Source: Candidatus Krumholzibacteriia bacterium (GTDB lineage Bacteria; Krumholzibacteriota; Krumholzibacteriia; Krumholzibacteriales; Krumholzibacteriaceae). From it: a stretch of 64,000 bases of DNA. How positions within the stretch are numbered: the first letter of the stretch is position 1; each line of letters opens with the position of its first letter. The notes under the pieces were generated by a model. The model was not told the DNA's origin and searched no databases. It worked only from the letters and a program-made list of their open reading frames with translations. Positions 39,165 through 48,709 of this stretch are shown here, one piece after another. Location of the stretch: contig CAWIIQ010000002.1 in NCBI GenBank assembly GCA_963836185.1, forward strand, positions 160,001 to 224,000, in the 5' to 3' direction. A program made the position numbers and the translations under genes.

Positions 39165-40154
39165 CTATCCCGCGTACCCGGCCCAGTCACGTTCAATCGC
39201 GTGAGGAAGCTGCCGGATATGCTCGGTCGCCGCGTGCTTCGAGTCGAAATCACGGTAAGCGCGATCGATCTGCTCGGTCGTGAGTCCCAACTCTTCAGCT
39301 ACAGCATTGATATCCAGCTTGTATTCCCATGCGTAAAGAAGAGGGTCGAGGATGTCGAAAGGCAGGCAGAAATAGAAATCCTTGTCCGATACGGCAAGGC
39401 TGAAGGTGTCCGGGCTGGGGGTCCGGTCCATGATTTCTCTGGGAGACCCGAAGAAGTCGCCGAGCTGGTACATCTGTGTTTTGTAAAGATGTGACACGCA
39501 CTCGAAATCGGTTCCGCCATCGCCGAACTTGCAGAAATCACCGAGCAGGAACTCGGTCTTGTTTGTCGTCCCGGCTACCATATAGTTCATCTGCTCTCCC
39601 CGGAAATACAGGGCGATCATTCGTGAGCGGATCTTTACGTTGGCCGCTGCTGTGATGGCCAGGAACTGTTTCTTCGCCAGGCGTTTTTCCGCCTTGTCGC
39701 CTTTGCCGTTATCGATACGAAGCGTATAAAAATTGTAGCGGTCGACCTCGAGGAGGTTCTGTGGAAGGCTTATATTAAACTTGTAGCTTTCGTCGTACTG
39801 CGGGAAGATCGACTTGATGATCTCATCTCTCGTACTGTAGGAACCGAAGCTGTCTACAGCGCCGGTCAGGTCCATCGTCTCATGCTGGATGCCGAGATCG
39901 TCGATGACCATCCGGGCGAATTTTGCCGAATCGGGGCTTGAATCCTTTTCGGGAAGTATCATGCCGTAGACCTTGTCTTTTCCCACAGCTGCCACGGCCA
40001 GCGCGGCGACTACGGCGGAATCGATGCCCCCGCTGACGCCGACGATGATCCCGTCCCTTTTAGGCGTTCCTTTCGTCTGTGCCGACATGAACTCCTGAAC
40101 GATGGCGGCCTCGTGCTTAGTATCGATTTTGAGGATATCCCTGATCGGTTTCAT
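39165..40154 (-). CDS. NadE-like amide ligase, ACP-cluster paralog 2
   Basis: GVSGGIDS, KIRSRM, GTTN, KFGDG, LYKTQ, PSPDT; same insertion as paralog 1. Confidence 0.85.
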   Translation of the reverse strand: MKPIRDILKIDTKHEAAIVQEFMSAQTKGTPKRDGIIVGVSGGIDSAVVAALAVAAVGKDKVYGMILPEKDSSPDSAKFARMVIDDLGIQHETMDLTGAVDSFGSYSTRDEIIKSIFPQYDESYKFNISLPQNLLEVDRYNFYTLRIDNGKGDKAEKRLAKKQFLAITAAANVKIRSRMIALYFRGEQMNYMVAGTTNKTEFLLGDFCKFGDGGTDFECVSHLYKTQMYQLGDFFGSPREIMDRTPSPDTFSLAVSDKDFYFCLPFDILDPLLYAWEYKLDINAVAEELGLTTEQIDRAYRDFDSKHAATEHIRQLPHAIERDWAGYAG

Positions 40155-40176
40155 CAAAAGTCCTTTCTTCTTTCTG

Positions 40177-41727
40177 TCAACATTCACTTTTCAGTTTTTT
40201 CTTGTCGAGCTTGCCGGATTTCGTCTTGGGCAGCGACTGGGCAAATTCTATTATCTTGGGTATTTTATGTGTGGCGAGCCGTGCGCGGCAGAAATCCGAG
40301 ATATCCCTGGCGTCGGCATCGCACCCTTTCTTGTTGACGATCACGGCTTTTATCGCCTCTCCCAGCAGGGGATCATCGACTCCGAATACGGCGACTTCCA
40401 GGATCCCTTCGTCTTCGAGAATGCACTCCTCGACTTCCTTGACGCTTACTCGGTTGCCGCCCGTCTTGATGATCTCTTTCATGCGGCCAGTGACGAAGAT
40501 ATATCCGTCTTCGTCTTTCTTGGCCAGGTCGCCGGTGAAAAGGCGCCCGCCCCTGAGGACCTGGCGCTCTTCGTCCTCGTGGTTCCAGTAGCCCAGCATG
40601 ACATTGGGGCCGTCGACCACGATCTCGCCTTCCACGCCGGGAGGCAGTTCGTTCCCGTCTTCGTCACAGACCAGCACCGTTACTCCCGGAACGGGGATGC
40701 CGATCGATCCGAGCTTCTTCTCGAGCATGTCCGGGGGAAGCCAGGTTACGCGCGGAGCGGCCTCGGTCTGCCCGTACATTATGAAGATCTCTTTAGTCGG
40801 GAAGGCGTCGATGAGCTGCCTGACAACCTCCGGTGCCATCGCGCCGCCGGCCTGCGTGAAATATCTCAGCGACTTCAACTCACGTTTAGCAAAAGTCGAT
40901 TTGCCCATCAGGATCATGAAGTTCGAGGGAACTCCCGAGAAGCCCGTCACATTCTCGCTCTCCATCGTATCGAGTACTGCTTCCGGGTAGAGGAAGCGGT
41001 TATCGATCACTGTCCTGCCGCCGCAGCCGATGTGTGTGAGAAGCAGGGAATTGCCGTAGATGTAATAGAAGGGCAGGATGACCATTATGGCGTCTTCTTT
41101 TTCCAGCCTCAGGTACTCGATCGTCGCGATCGTATTGCTTACGAGGTTGCGGTGCGACAGCATGACGCCCTTCGGTTTGCCGGTGCTGCCAGAGGTATAA
41201 AAGATTGCGGCCAGGCTGTCTTCATCTGTTGTGCCTGCGGCAGTCCCGGAACATGTATCCGGCACCGCATCTTCCGTCAAGGTCACGACGGGCTCGACCA
41301 CCAGGTCATCACGGCCGGTACCGATCTTCTTGTTCGAAAAGACATGCTCGACGGGGGAGTTTCCGGCTACCAGTTCGGGAAGGATCCTGCGGTACCTCGA
41401 GTCGACCAGGAGGGCCTTGGCGTTACAATCCGCCAGGACGAATCTCAGGCTGTCCGCTCCGAGCGAAGTGTCAAGAGGTACAACCACGAATCCGGCCTTG
41501 AATACGGCAAAAAACGCGATGACGTATTCGATTGAATTTTCGAAGAGCACTCCGACCGGTGATCCCGCAGGGAGCGGGAGTTTTCCGAGATGGTCGGCCA
41601 GATGGCACGATGACCGGTAAAGCTGGTCGAAGGTCGTGTGTTTTCCGTCGTGCGATACTGCCGTCCTGTCGGCAAACAGTTTCACGCTTTCAGATAGCAA
41701 TTCAAATACAGTCATAATCCTGCTCAC
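40177..41727 (-). CDS. Class I adenylate-forming ligase, copy 2
   Basis: YTSGSTGKPKG, MYGQTE, TGD, GR.KEIIK.GG, SGK. Confidence 0.92.
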   Translation of the reverse strand: MSRIMTVFELLSESVKLFADRTAVSHDGKHTTFDQLYRSSCHLADHLGKLPLPAGSPVGVLFENSIEYVIAFFAVFKAGFVVVPLDTSLGADSLRFVLADCNAKALLVDSRYRRILPELVAGNSPVEHVFSNKKIGTGRDDLVVEPVVTLTEDAVPDTCSGTAAGTTDEDSLAAIFYTSGSTGKPKGVMLSHRNLVSNTIATIEYLRLEKEDAIMVILPFYYIYGNSLLLTHIGCGGRTVIDNRFLYPEAVLDTMESENVTGFSGVPSNFMILMGKSTFAKRELKSLRYFTQAGGAMAPEVVRQLIDAFPTKEIFIMYGQTEAAPRVTWLPPDMLEKKLGSIGIPVPGVTVLVCDEDGNELPPGVEGEIVVDGPNVMLGYWNHEDEERQVLRGGRLFTGDLAKKDEDGYIFVTGRMKEIIKTGGNRVSVKEVEECILEDEGILEVAVFGVDDPLLGEAIKAVIVNKKGCDADARDISDFCRARLATHKIPKIIEFAQSLPKTKSGKLDKKKLKSEC

Positions 41728-41761
41728 GTTCTTTTGTATGGATGGTCGGCTTAAGCCGCGG

Positions 41762-42019
41762 TCAGCCGAGTTTCCCTGATATGAAGACCACGAGGTTGTC
41801 TATTGAATCAAGATTAGCCGGAGTCATCTCGTCATCTTCAATAGTAAAGCCGTACTGTTCCTCGATAAAGGCGACCAGTTCCAGTACACCGGTGGAATCG
41901 ATTATGCCTTCCTGCATGAACGAATCGGAATCTCCGGGACATTCTTTTTCATCGCCCATCAGGAATAGTTCGATGATGAAGTCCTTGAGCTCCTTGCGAA
42001 TAGTATCCTGCTGTGTCAT
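41762..42019 (-). CDS. Acyl carrier protein, copy 2
   Basis: GIIDSTGVLE motif, identical to copy 1. Confidence 0.92.
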   Translation of the reverse strand: MTQQDTIRKELKDFIIELFLMGDEKECPGDSDSFMQEGIIDSTGVLELVAFIEEQYGFTIEDDEMTPANLDSIDNLVVFISGKLG

Positions 42020-42162
42020 AGCCAATATCTTACCTCTGCTTCTCGAGTGCTCTTATTGCCTTCAAACTCTTCCATTAAACTTATAGGCACAAAACCTGCC
42101 CTTGTCTATAAGTTTACCGGCTGCCGGTCCTGGCCCGGACAACCCGGTGTAAACAGGCTAAA

Positions 42163-42179
42163 TGCACACTGCGTGCCAA
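42163..42179 (-). promoter_or_regulatory. Putative sigma54 promoter of ACP cassette 2
   Basis: TTGGCACGCAGTGTGCA on the minus strand (TGGCACG, GG-N10-GC). Confidence 0.65.
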
Positions 42180-42412
42180 GATTAAGAAATATTATTGGTC
42201 TTTTATCAGAATGAGGTGGAACAGTTTTCGGGTATAATGGCGAAGCTTCGCTGATGGTTCAGGCGGGGTGATTCCGTCATGCTGTTGCTTCAGCCCCGGA
42301 ATCTTGACAATACAGGACATCTTATGATAGATTCCGGTCATCCGGGGCTGGCCGTCCCGGATAATACTTTTTCCGGCGCAAACGGAGAAAGGAAACCGGG
42401 TCACACACTTCT

Positions 42413-43417
42413 ATGAACGCCCTTGAATCAAAAGATCTCAGTATTTTCCAGGCTCCCGTCATCAGGGAGCTTGAAACGCTGGAGAGCGACCTGAAGGAAG
42501 CCCTGAGGTCGGACCTTCCGCTGCTGAGGGAGATCTCCGCGGCGCTCACCGAGGCGCCCGGCAAGAGGATCCGCCCCAATATGCTCTTTCTCGCATCACG
42601 GAGCGCCGGCGGCTCGCCTGAGAAAGCCGCTGTGGCGGCTCTGGCGGTAGAGTTGATCCACACGGCGACACTTCTTCATGATGATATCCTCGACGCTCAC
42701 ATGACACGCCGCGGCAGGCCGACAGTATTCGCGAGGTGGGGAGCGGACTCGGCGATGATTATGGGCGATTATCTCTTCTCGAAGGCTTTCGCGCGTCTCG
42801 GTGAAGCGAAGCTGGACTCGGCGATAGAGGTCCTCGCGAAGGTGACCAACCTGATGAGCCTGGGCGAGCTTATCCAGCTCCAGCACAGGAAAGACATAGA
42901 TGTCGATGAAGACAGCTATATGGAGATGATCTACCGGAAGACAGCGTCACTGTTCGCTGCTGCCGGCGAGTGTGGCGCGCTGACCGGAAACGGGTCGGAG
43001 AAATTCCGGGCGGAGTTCGCCAGCTTCGGCGAGAAGATCGGCCTGGCTTTCCAGATCACCGACGATCTGCTCGATTACCTCGCGGCAGACGTGCAGATCG
43101 GCAAGCCGATAGCGAGCGATTTCACCGAGGGAAGGGTTACCCTTCCCTTCATATCGGCCTACCGCAACGCCCCCGGGAAGAGCAGGGAGCGGGTCAGTGA
43201 GCTGTTTCACAGCAGCTTCAATGATGAGGCCCGATGGAACGAGGTCATCTCGTTTATCGGGGAGCATGGCGGGATCGAATACAGCCTCAAGAAAGCCCGC
43301 GAGCTTGGCGAGAAGGCGAAGGATGCCCTCGTCCCGGTCTCTCCATCGCCGGAGAAGGACGCTCTCTGCTTCGCCGCCGATTACATCGTACAGAGGATCG
43401 GCCCGTTTACCGCCTGA
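42413..43417 (+). CDS. Polyprenyl diphosphate synthase
   Basis: GKRIRP, LLHDDILD...RRG, GD, KTA, FQITDDLLD. Confidence 0.95.
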   Translation: MNALESKDLSIFQAPVIRELETLESDLKEALRSDLPLLREISAALTEAPGKRIRPNMLFLASRSAGGSPEKAAVAALAVELIHTATLLHDDILDAHMTRRGRPTVFARWGADSAMIMGDYLFSKAFARLGEAKLDSAIEVLAKVTNLMSLGELIQLQHRKDIDVDEDSYMEMIYRKTASLFAAAGECGALTGNGSEKFRAEFASFGEKIGLAFQITDDLLDYLAADVQIGKPIASDFTEGRVTLPFISAYRNAPGKSRERVSELFHSSFNDEARWNEVISFIGEHGGIEYSLKKARELGEKAKDALVPVSPSPEKDALCFAADYIVQRIGPFTA

Positions 43418-43469
43418 TGCATGTCTTTAACCCTGTATCCCGTACTTTGAAGGGTGTATAATCCCGCCG

Positions 43470-44471
43470 ATGATCTCCAGAAAGATAAGGGAAGCGCTAT
43501 TCTACGAAAAACTCGACGATGGCAGGGTCAGGTGCCGCCTATGCCCGAACCTGTGCGTGGTAGCCGACGGTTCCGCCGGCCGCTGCATGGTAAGGAAGAA
43601 CGAGTCAGGGATACTTAGGACCAATTCCTACGGCAACACTGTGACCGCCGCGATAGATCCGATCGAGAAGAAGCCTCTCTACCATTTCATGCCGGGAAGC
43701 CAGATCCTCTCGATCGGCCCGAACGGATGCACCCTCACATGCGACCACTGCCAGAACTGGCAGATCTCGCAGGAGCAGGCGCCGGTGAGGTACATCTCCC
43801 CGGAGGAACTTGTCGATCTCGGCGGGAGGGATGGATCGGTCGGCGTGGCGTTCACATACACCGAGCCGTTGATATGGTTCGAGTACCTTCTCGATGCGCT
43901 GCCACTTCTCACCGATGCCGGGCTCAAGTCGGTCCTGGTGACAAACGGCTACCTCAACGAGGAGCCGGCGCGCCGGATCGTCCCGCTGGCAGACGCGTTC
44001 AACATCGATCTGAAGGCGTTCGACGACAGTTTCTACCGGCAGTACTGCGGGGGGAGCATCGAACCGGTCAAGTCTTTCATAGAGCTGGCCGCCGGGCACG
44101 CGCATGTCGAGGTGACCTGCCTCGTCATACCCGGACTGAACGATAGAGAAGAGGAGATAGCGAAGATGGCGCGTTGGCTTTCAGATATCTCGCGGGAGAT
44201 CCCGCTCCATCTTTCACGTTTCTTTCCGCGTTTCAGGATGGATGGGCAGCCGCCCACGCCGCAGGAAACTCTCGAGATGGCGTTCAGGACCGCGCGGGAA
44301 TATCTTGATTATGTCTATGTCGGTAATATATTCATCGAAGGTACGGAGAACACCGTCTGCCCGTCATGCGGCGCCGACGCGATCCTCCGTTCCGGTTATT
44401 CGGCGCAGCTCCGCGCCGCGGGAGGCATATGTGCCTCGTGCGGCCATCACATAAAGGGGGTCTGGAGTTAA
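43470..44471 (+). CDS. amrS: AmmeMemoRadiSam system radical SAM enzyme
   Basis: C.LCP..C, DPIEKKPLYHF, GCTLTCDHCQNWQISQ, FTYTEP, YVYVGN. Confidence 0.92.
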   Translation: MISRKIREALFYEKLDDGRVRCRLCPNLCVVADGSAGRCMVRKNESGILRTNSYGNTVTAAIDPIEKKPLYHFMPGSQILSIGPNGCTLTCDHCQNWQISQEQAPVRYISPEELVDLGGRDGSVGVAFTYTEPLIWFEYLLDALPLLTDAGLKSVLVTNGYLNEEPARRIVPLADAFNIDLKAFDDSFYRQYCGGSIEPVKSFIELAAGHAHVEVTCLVIPGLNDREEEIAKMARWLSDISREIPLHLSRFFPRFRMDGQPPTPQETLEMAFRTAREYLDYVYVGNIFIEGTENTVCPSCGADAILRSGYSAQLRAAGGICASCGHHIKGVWS

Positions 44472-44846
44472 TTGAGTAAAGAGACACCAAAAAAGAAGGT
44501 CCAGCCGAAGGCTCTCGCGAGAAGGATCATCAAGGCCGTCTGGGACAAGAAGGCCGAGGATATCATCCTTCTCAACCTGAAGAAGATCTCCGGCGTGACC
44601 GACTATTTCGTGATATGCACGGCGGGAAGTGAGATCCACGCGAGAGTGCTCTCCGATGCCGTTTCGGACAAGCTCAAGGGGACGGACCTTATAGTCCATA
44701 TCGAGGGCCAGGAAGGCGGGCGATGGATACTGATCGACTGTTTCGACGTCGTCCTGCACATATTCGTGGCGGACGCCCGGGACTTCTACGGCCTCGAGAA
44801 ATTCTGGGGCGATGCCCCGAAGGAGGAATTTCCCGATGGCAAGTAG
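44472..44846 (+). CDS. rsfS: Ribosome silencing factor
   Basis: DKKAEDI, DYFVICT, EG...W.L.D..DVV.H, Y.LEK.W. Confidence 0.93.
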   Translation: MSKETPKKKVQPKALARRIIKAVWDKKAEDIILLNLKKISGVTDYFVICTAGSEIHARVLSDAVSDKLKGTDLIVHIEGQEGGRWILIDCFDVVLHIFVADARDFYGLEKFWGDAPKEEFPDGK

Positions 44847-46515
44847 AGGCGAAAACATCTTTTCGGCCAGGGAAGCCGTCACCGGAGCGATCGCTGCCGC
44901 CCTTGCGAAGCTCGATATCGAAGCGGACGAGGGATCGATTCAGCTCGAGCGTCCCAACGATCCCTCCCACGGCGACCTGAGCTGCAATATCGCCCTTATC
45001 CTGGCGAAAAAGACCGGTTCTAACCCGAGAGAGCTCGCCTCAAGGCTCGTCGAAGAGCTCGGGCTCGACGAATCTTTCATCGACAAGGTGGAGATCGCGG
45101 GGCCGGGATTCATCAACTTCTCTTTTTCAGACAGATATCTGACAGGACAGGTCGCCGCAATAAACAGGCTCGGAGATGCTTACGGGGACTCGAATCTCGG
45201 CAAAGGAAAAAAGATGCAGGTCGAGTTCGTGTCGGCCAATCCTACAGGCCCGCTCGTGATCGTGTCGGCCCGCTCGGCGGCCGTCGGCGCGTCGCTGGTC
45301 CACATCCTGAAGAAGGCCGGCTACGAAGTCGAGTCAGAGTATTATCTCAACGATGCCGGCAGCCAGGTGCGCAAGCTCGGGGCCTCGATGATGGCGAGGT
45401 TCAGGCAGAGGACCGGGGAGGAAGTGGAATTCCCCGAGGATGGATACCCGGGCCAGTACCTGATCGACCTTGCCGCGGAGATCCCCGAATGCGAGGGGCG
45501 CTCGTGGCTCGAGAAGCCGGGCGAAGACGCCGTCAAGGCATTCGGCGACTATACCCTCGATAAGATGATCGCCTGGATCAAAAAGGATCTCGATGGGTTC
45601 GGCGTCTCGTTCGACGTCTTCTTCAGGGAGTCGGCCCTGCATGCCGGGGGCGCCGAGATAGAAGAGGTCCTGGCCATGTACAGGGACAGGGGCTCGGTCT
45701 ACGAGGAAGAAGGGGCCGTCTGGTTCCGGTCGACCGACTACGGGGATGAGAAGGACCGAGTGCTCGTGCGGAGCGATGGGACACCTACATACTTTCTCGC
45801 CGACGCGGCGTATCATCTCAACAAGTTCAGACGCGGATTCGATCGTGTGATAAACATATTCGGGCCCGATCATCACGGGCATATCGCCAGGCTCAAGGCG
45901 GCAGCGGCCGTATTCGGAGCGCCGGATGACTGGCTCACCGTGCTGACTGTCCAATGGGTCCGGTTGATGGAGGACGGCAAACAGGTCAAGATGTCGAAGC
46001 GCGGGGGTGAGTTCGAGACACTCGCCGACCTGGTCACCGACGTCGGGGAGGATGCGGCGAAATTCTTCTTCCTGATGAGGAAGATGAGCGCTCATCTCGA
46101 TTTTAACCTGACGCTTGCCCGGAAGGAATCGGATGAGAACCCCGTTTATTACCTGCAGTACGCACACGCGAGGATATGCAGCGTCATCTCTTACGCGCAG
46201 GGCGAGGGAGTCGACTTCCCTGATGACAGTTCGTGTGTCGAGCTCCTCACCGAGCCCGAGGAGAAGGAGCTGATCAGGAATCTCGTCATCTTCCCTCACC
46301 TGATAGAGGGAGCAGCCGCGGCTAACGAGCCTCACAGGCTCACTACTTACGGGCAGCAGCTGGCAGGTTCATTCCACAGGTTCTACCACATATGCAGGAT
46401 AGTCTCCAGCGACACCCGTCTCAGCGGGGCCAGGCTGATGCTGGCAAGCGCGACGCGGATAGTCCTCTCGGAGACTCTGCGTCTGCTGGGGGTCTCGGCT
46501 CCCGAGCGGATGTAG
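44836..46515 (+). CDS. argS: Arginine--tRNA ligase
   Basis: HGD...N.A, AGPGFIN, EFVSANPTGP, DHHG, KMSKR.G, NPVYYLQYAHAR, APERM. Confidence 0.97.
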   Translation: MASRGENIFSAREAVTGAIAAALAKLDIEADEGSIQLERPNDPSHGDLSCNIALILAKKTGSNPRELASRLVEELGLDESFIDKVEIAGPGFINFSFSDRYLTGQVAAINRLGDAYGDSNLGKGKKMQVEFVSANPTGPLVIVSARSAAVGASLVHILKKAGYEVESEYYLNDAGSQVRKLGASMMARFRQRTGEEVEFPEDGYPGQYLIDLAAEIPECEGRSWLEKPGEDAVKAFGDYTLDKMIAWIKKDLDGFGVSFDVFFRESALHAGGAEIEEVLAMYRDRGSVYEEEGAVWFRSTDYGDEKDRVLVRSDGTPTYFLADAAYHLNKFRRGFDRVINIFGPDHHGHIARLKAAAAVFGAPDDWLTVLTVQWVRLMEDGKQVKMSKRGGEFETLADLVTDVGEDAAKFFFLMRKMSAHLDFNLTLARKESDENPVYYLQYAHARICSVISYAQGEGVDFPDDSSCVELLTEPEEKELIRNLVIFPHLIEGAAAANEPHRLTTYGQQLAGSFHRFYHICRIVSSDTRLSGARLMLASATRIVLSETLRLLGVSAPERM

Positions 46516-46550
46516 AACACAATTGAAATCGATACGAAGGGAGACACTCG

Positions 46551-47462
46551 ATGAGTCTGGTCATAGTCGGTTCTGTTGCATTCGATACGATAGAGACACC
46601 GCGAGGCAGGGCGGACAGGGCGATCGGAGGGTCGGCTGTATACTCGTCGATGATCGCGAGCAGATTCTGCGAGCCAAAGCTTGTCGGTGTCGTAGGTGAG
46701 GATTTCACGGCGGAACACAAGGCGATCCTCGAACAGAGGGGCGTCGACATCGAGGGACTCGAGACCGTAGCGGGCGGGAAGACATTCTTCTGGGAGGGCA
46801 GATACGGGGCCGATCCGAACGAGCGCGATACTATCGTGACAGAGCTCAACGTATTCGAAAGCTTCAGCCCGAAGCTGCCGGAGAGTTATCTTTCGGCGCG
46901 GTTCCTTTTTCTCGGCAATATCGATCCCGTACTCCAGCTCGCCGTTCTCGAGCAGTTTCCCGAGAAGCCGGTCACTGGTATCGACACGATGAATTTCTGG
47001 ATCGAGGGAAAGCCCGAAGAACTGCGCAGGGTCCTGGAGAAAGTCGACCTTGTATTCATCAACGACAGCGAGGCGAGGCAGCTAAGCGGCGAATCGAATC
47101 TTCTCGAGGCGGCAGGCACCGTCCTCACGATGGGGCCGAAGGTCGTCGTCATAAAGAAGGGCGAGCATGGGGCGCATCTTTTCACCCGGGGTTTCCAGTT
47201 CATCGCGCCGGCATTCCCCCTCGAGGACGTGCTCGATCCTACCGGCGCCGGGGATACCTTCGCCGGCGGGTTCATGGGATACCTCGCGTCGGCCGGCAAT
47301 ATGGAACACGAGACATTGAAGAAGGCGATGATCTACGGAACAGTCTCGGCCAGTTTCACCTGTGAAAGATTCTCCGTGGAGAGGCTTAAAACCCTCGAAA
47401 TCGACGAAATCACAGGGCGTTATAACACCCTTTCGGACATCACGAGGTTCGACAGGGAATAA
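46551..47462 (+). CDS. PfkB-family carbohydrate/nucleoside kinase
   Basis: GSVAFD.IETP, GGS, N..EA, DPTGAGDTFAGG. Confidence 0.92.
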   Translation: MSLVIVGSVAFDTIETPRGRADRAIGGSAVYSSMIASRFCEPKLVGVVGEDFTAEHKAILEQRGVDIEGLETVAGGKTFFWEGRYGADPNERDTIVTELNVFESFSPKLPESYLSARFLFLGNIDPVLQLAVLEQFPEKPVTGIDTMNFWIEGKPEELRRVLEKVDLVFINDSEARQLSGESNLLEAAGTVLTMGPKVVVIKKGEHGAHLFTRGFQFIAPAFPLEDVLDPTGAGDTFAGGFMGYLASAGNMEHETLKKAMIYGTVSASFTCERFSVERLKTLEIDEITGRYNTLSDITRFDRE

Positions 47463-47500
47463 CAGGGAATGTCATTCGCGCGGCCTGTTTCAGCCCGGAC

Positions 47501-47529
47501 TTGAGTTTTCCAACCGTTTGTGGTACAAT
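47501..47529 (+). promoter_or_regulatory. Putative sigma70 promoter
   Basis: TTGAGT-N17-TACAAT with extended TG. Confidence 0.5.
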
Positions 47530-47569
47530 GCATTAGTGATAGTTTACACCTGCATGCCGGAGGGATCGC

Positions 47570-48508
47570 ATGCGTGACGGATTCTCCGAACGGGAGATTG
47601 TATATAGAGCGGAGGACCTGATCCTCAGATTGAGGGACGTCAGGTCATGCCGTATCATCACCGATGAGACAGGCGCGATCAGCGAGATCCACGTCGTCGC
47701 TTCCTCTGACAGGCCTCCCAAGATGATAGCGCGTGATGTCGAGACGGCGCTCAAGGCCGAGCTGGACCTCGAGATCGATTACAGAAAGATCGGTGTCGTC
47801 CTGATGGATCCCGTGAGAAGGGACGAGCCGATGGAGGAAACGCAGCCTCTTGAAGAGAAGCCTTTCCGCGATACGGACGGAGATCCCGGCTTGACGGACG
47901 AACTAGTCGATGAACGTTTCATCGAAGCCGAACCGGATATAGAGCCTGAGACTCCCGCCGCGCCGTTTGTCGAAAGGCGCAAACCGGTCGCTCCGCCGGA
48001 GCCGGTCCACACGACCGTCCATATTCCGCTGCCGGAGATCCACGAAGAAGAGACTCCTGATATGGCCGGGGTAAAACTCGAGTTCCTCGAGAACGGTGTG
48101 AGGATAGGATTCCGCGGACTGAACCTCTCGATGGAAGAAGACCTGATCAAGGCCGAAGTCAGGCTGACGAGCAATGGCCTTGAGGTTATCGGCTGCGTGG
48201 ATGAGTGCTGCGGCAGCAGGCCCGTATTCGAGACGATCGCCACCGCCGCGGTGAAGGCCCTGGTGGAACTGCTTGACGAGGATTTTCATCTGTGTTTATC
48301 TGAAGTCAGAGAGCTGGAAATTAAGGGCCGCAAGGCTCTTGTAGCTGTGGTCGACATGATCCGGGGCCGTGAATCGAGCAGTTTTTCCGGATGCGCGTTT
48401 GTCGGCCGAGACTCCGGCGAGGCGGCAGTCATGGCTGTCCTCGACGCAGTAAACAGGCCATTCGGCAGATGGAAGTCAAGACGGGAAATCCACTATCGCA
48501 TAAGATAG
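47570..48508 (+). CDS. Hypothetical two-domain protein with Pro/Glu-rich linker
   Basis: N-domain EIHV...PK...RDVET; C-domain ending A.LDAVNR, reminiscent of the LeuA regulatory domain. Confidence 0.7.
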   Translation: MRDGFSEREIVYRAEDLILRLRDVRSCRIITDETGAISEIHVVASSDRPPKMIARDVETALKAELDLEIDYRKIGVVLMDPVRRDEPMEETQPLEEKPFRDTDGDPGLTDELVDERFIEAEPDIEPETPAAPFVERRKPVAPPEPVHTTVHIPLPEIHEEETPDMAGVKLEFLENGVRIGFRGLNLSMEEDLIKAEVRLTSNGLEVIGCVDECCGSRPVFETIATAAVKALVELLDEDFHLCLSEVRELEIKGRKALVAVVDMIRGRESSSFSGCAFVGRDSGEAAVMAVLDAVNRPFGRWKSRREIHYRIR

Positions 48509-48615
48509 AGCCGATCGAGTCCCTGTGGGTATTGCCCCTGATTCCATACCATTCTTCAAAAGCATTCCATTGTCGCCGTAAATGGGTATATATATCCATG
48601 CGGCGTTGTAAGTTA

Positions 48616-48632
48616 TTGGCATAAATACTGCA
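48616..48632 (+). promoter_or_regulatory. Putative sigma54 promoter of the HD-GYP gene
   Basis: TTGGCATAAATACTGCA (GG-N10-GC). Confidence 0.6.
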
Positions 48633-48709
48633 AGACAGCGCATGCAGACTGTCACATTCGGAGGGGAATACGTTTTGATACCTGACGATCGGTCAGCAGG
48701 TTTATCCGG

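Noticed and set aside
42112-42154. GTTTAC...GTAAAC inverted repeat in the ACP2 leader
   Set aside because: Imperfect stem with no riboswitch or terminator features.
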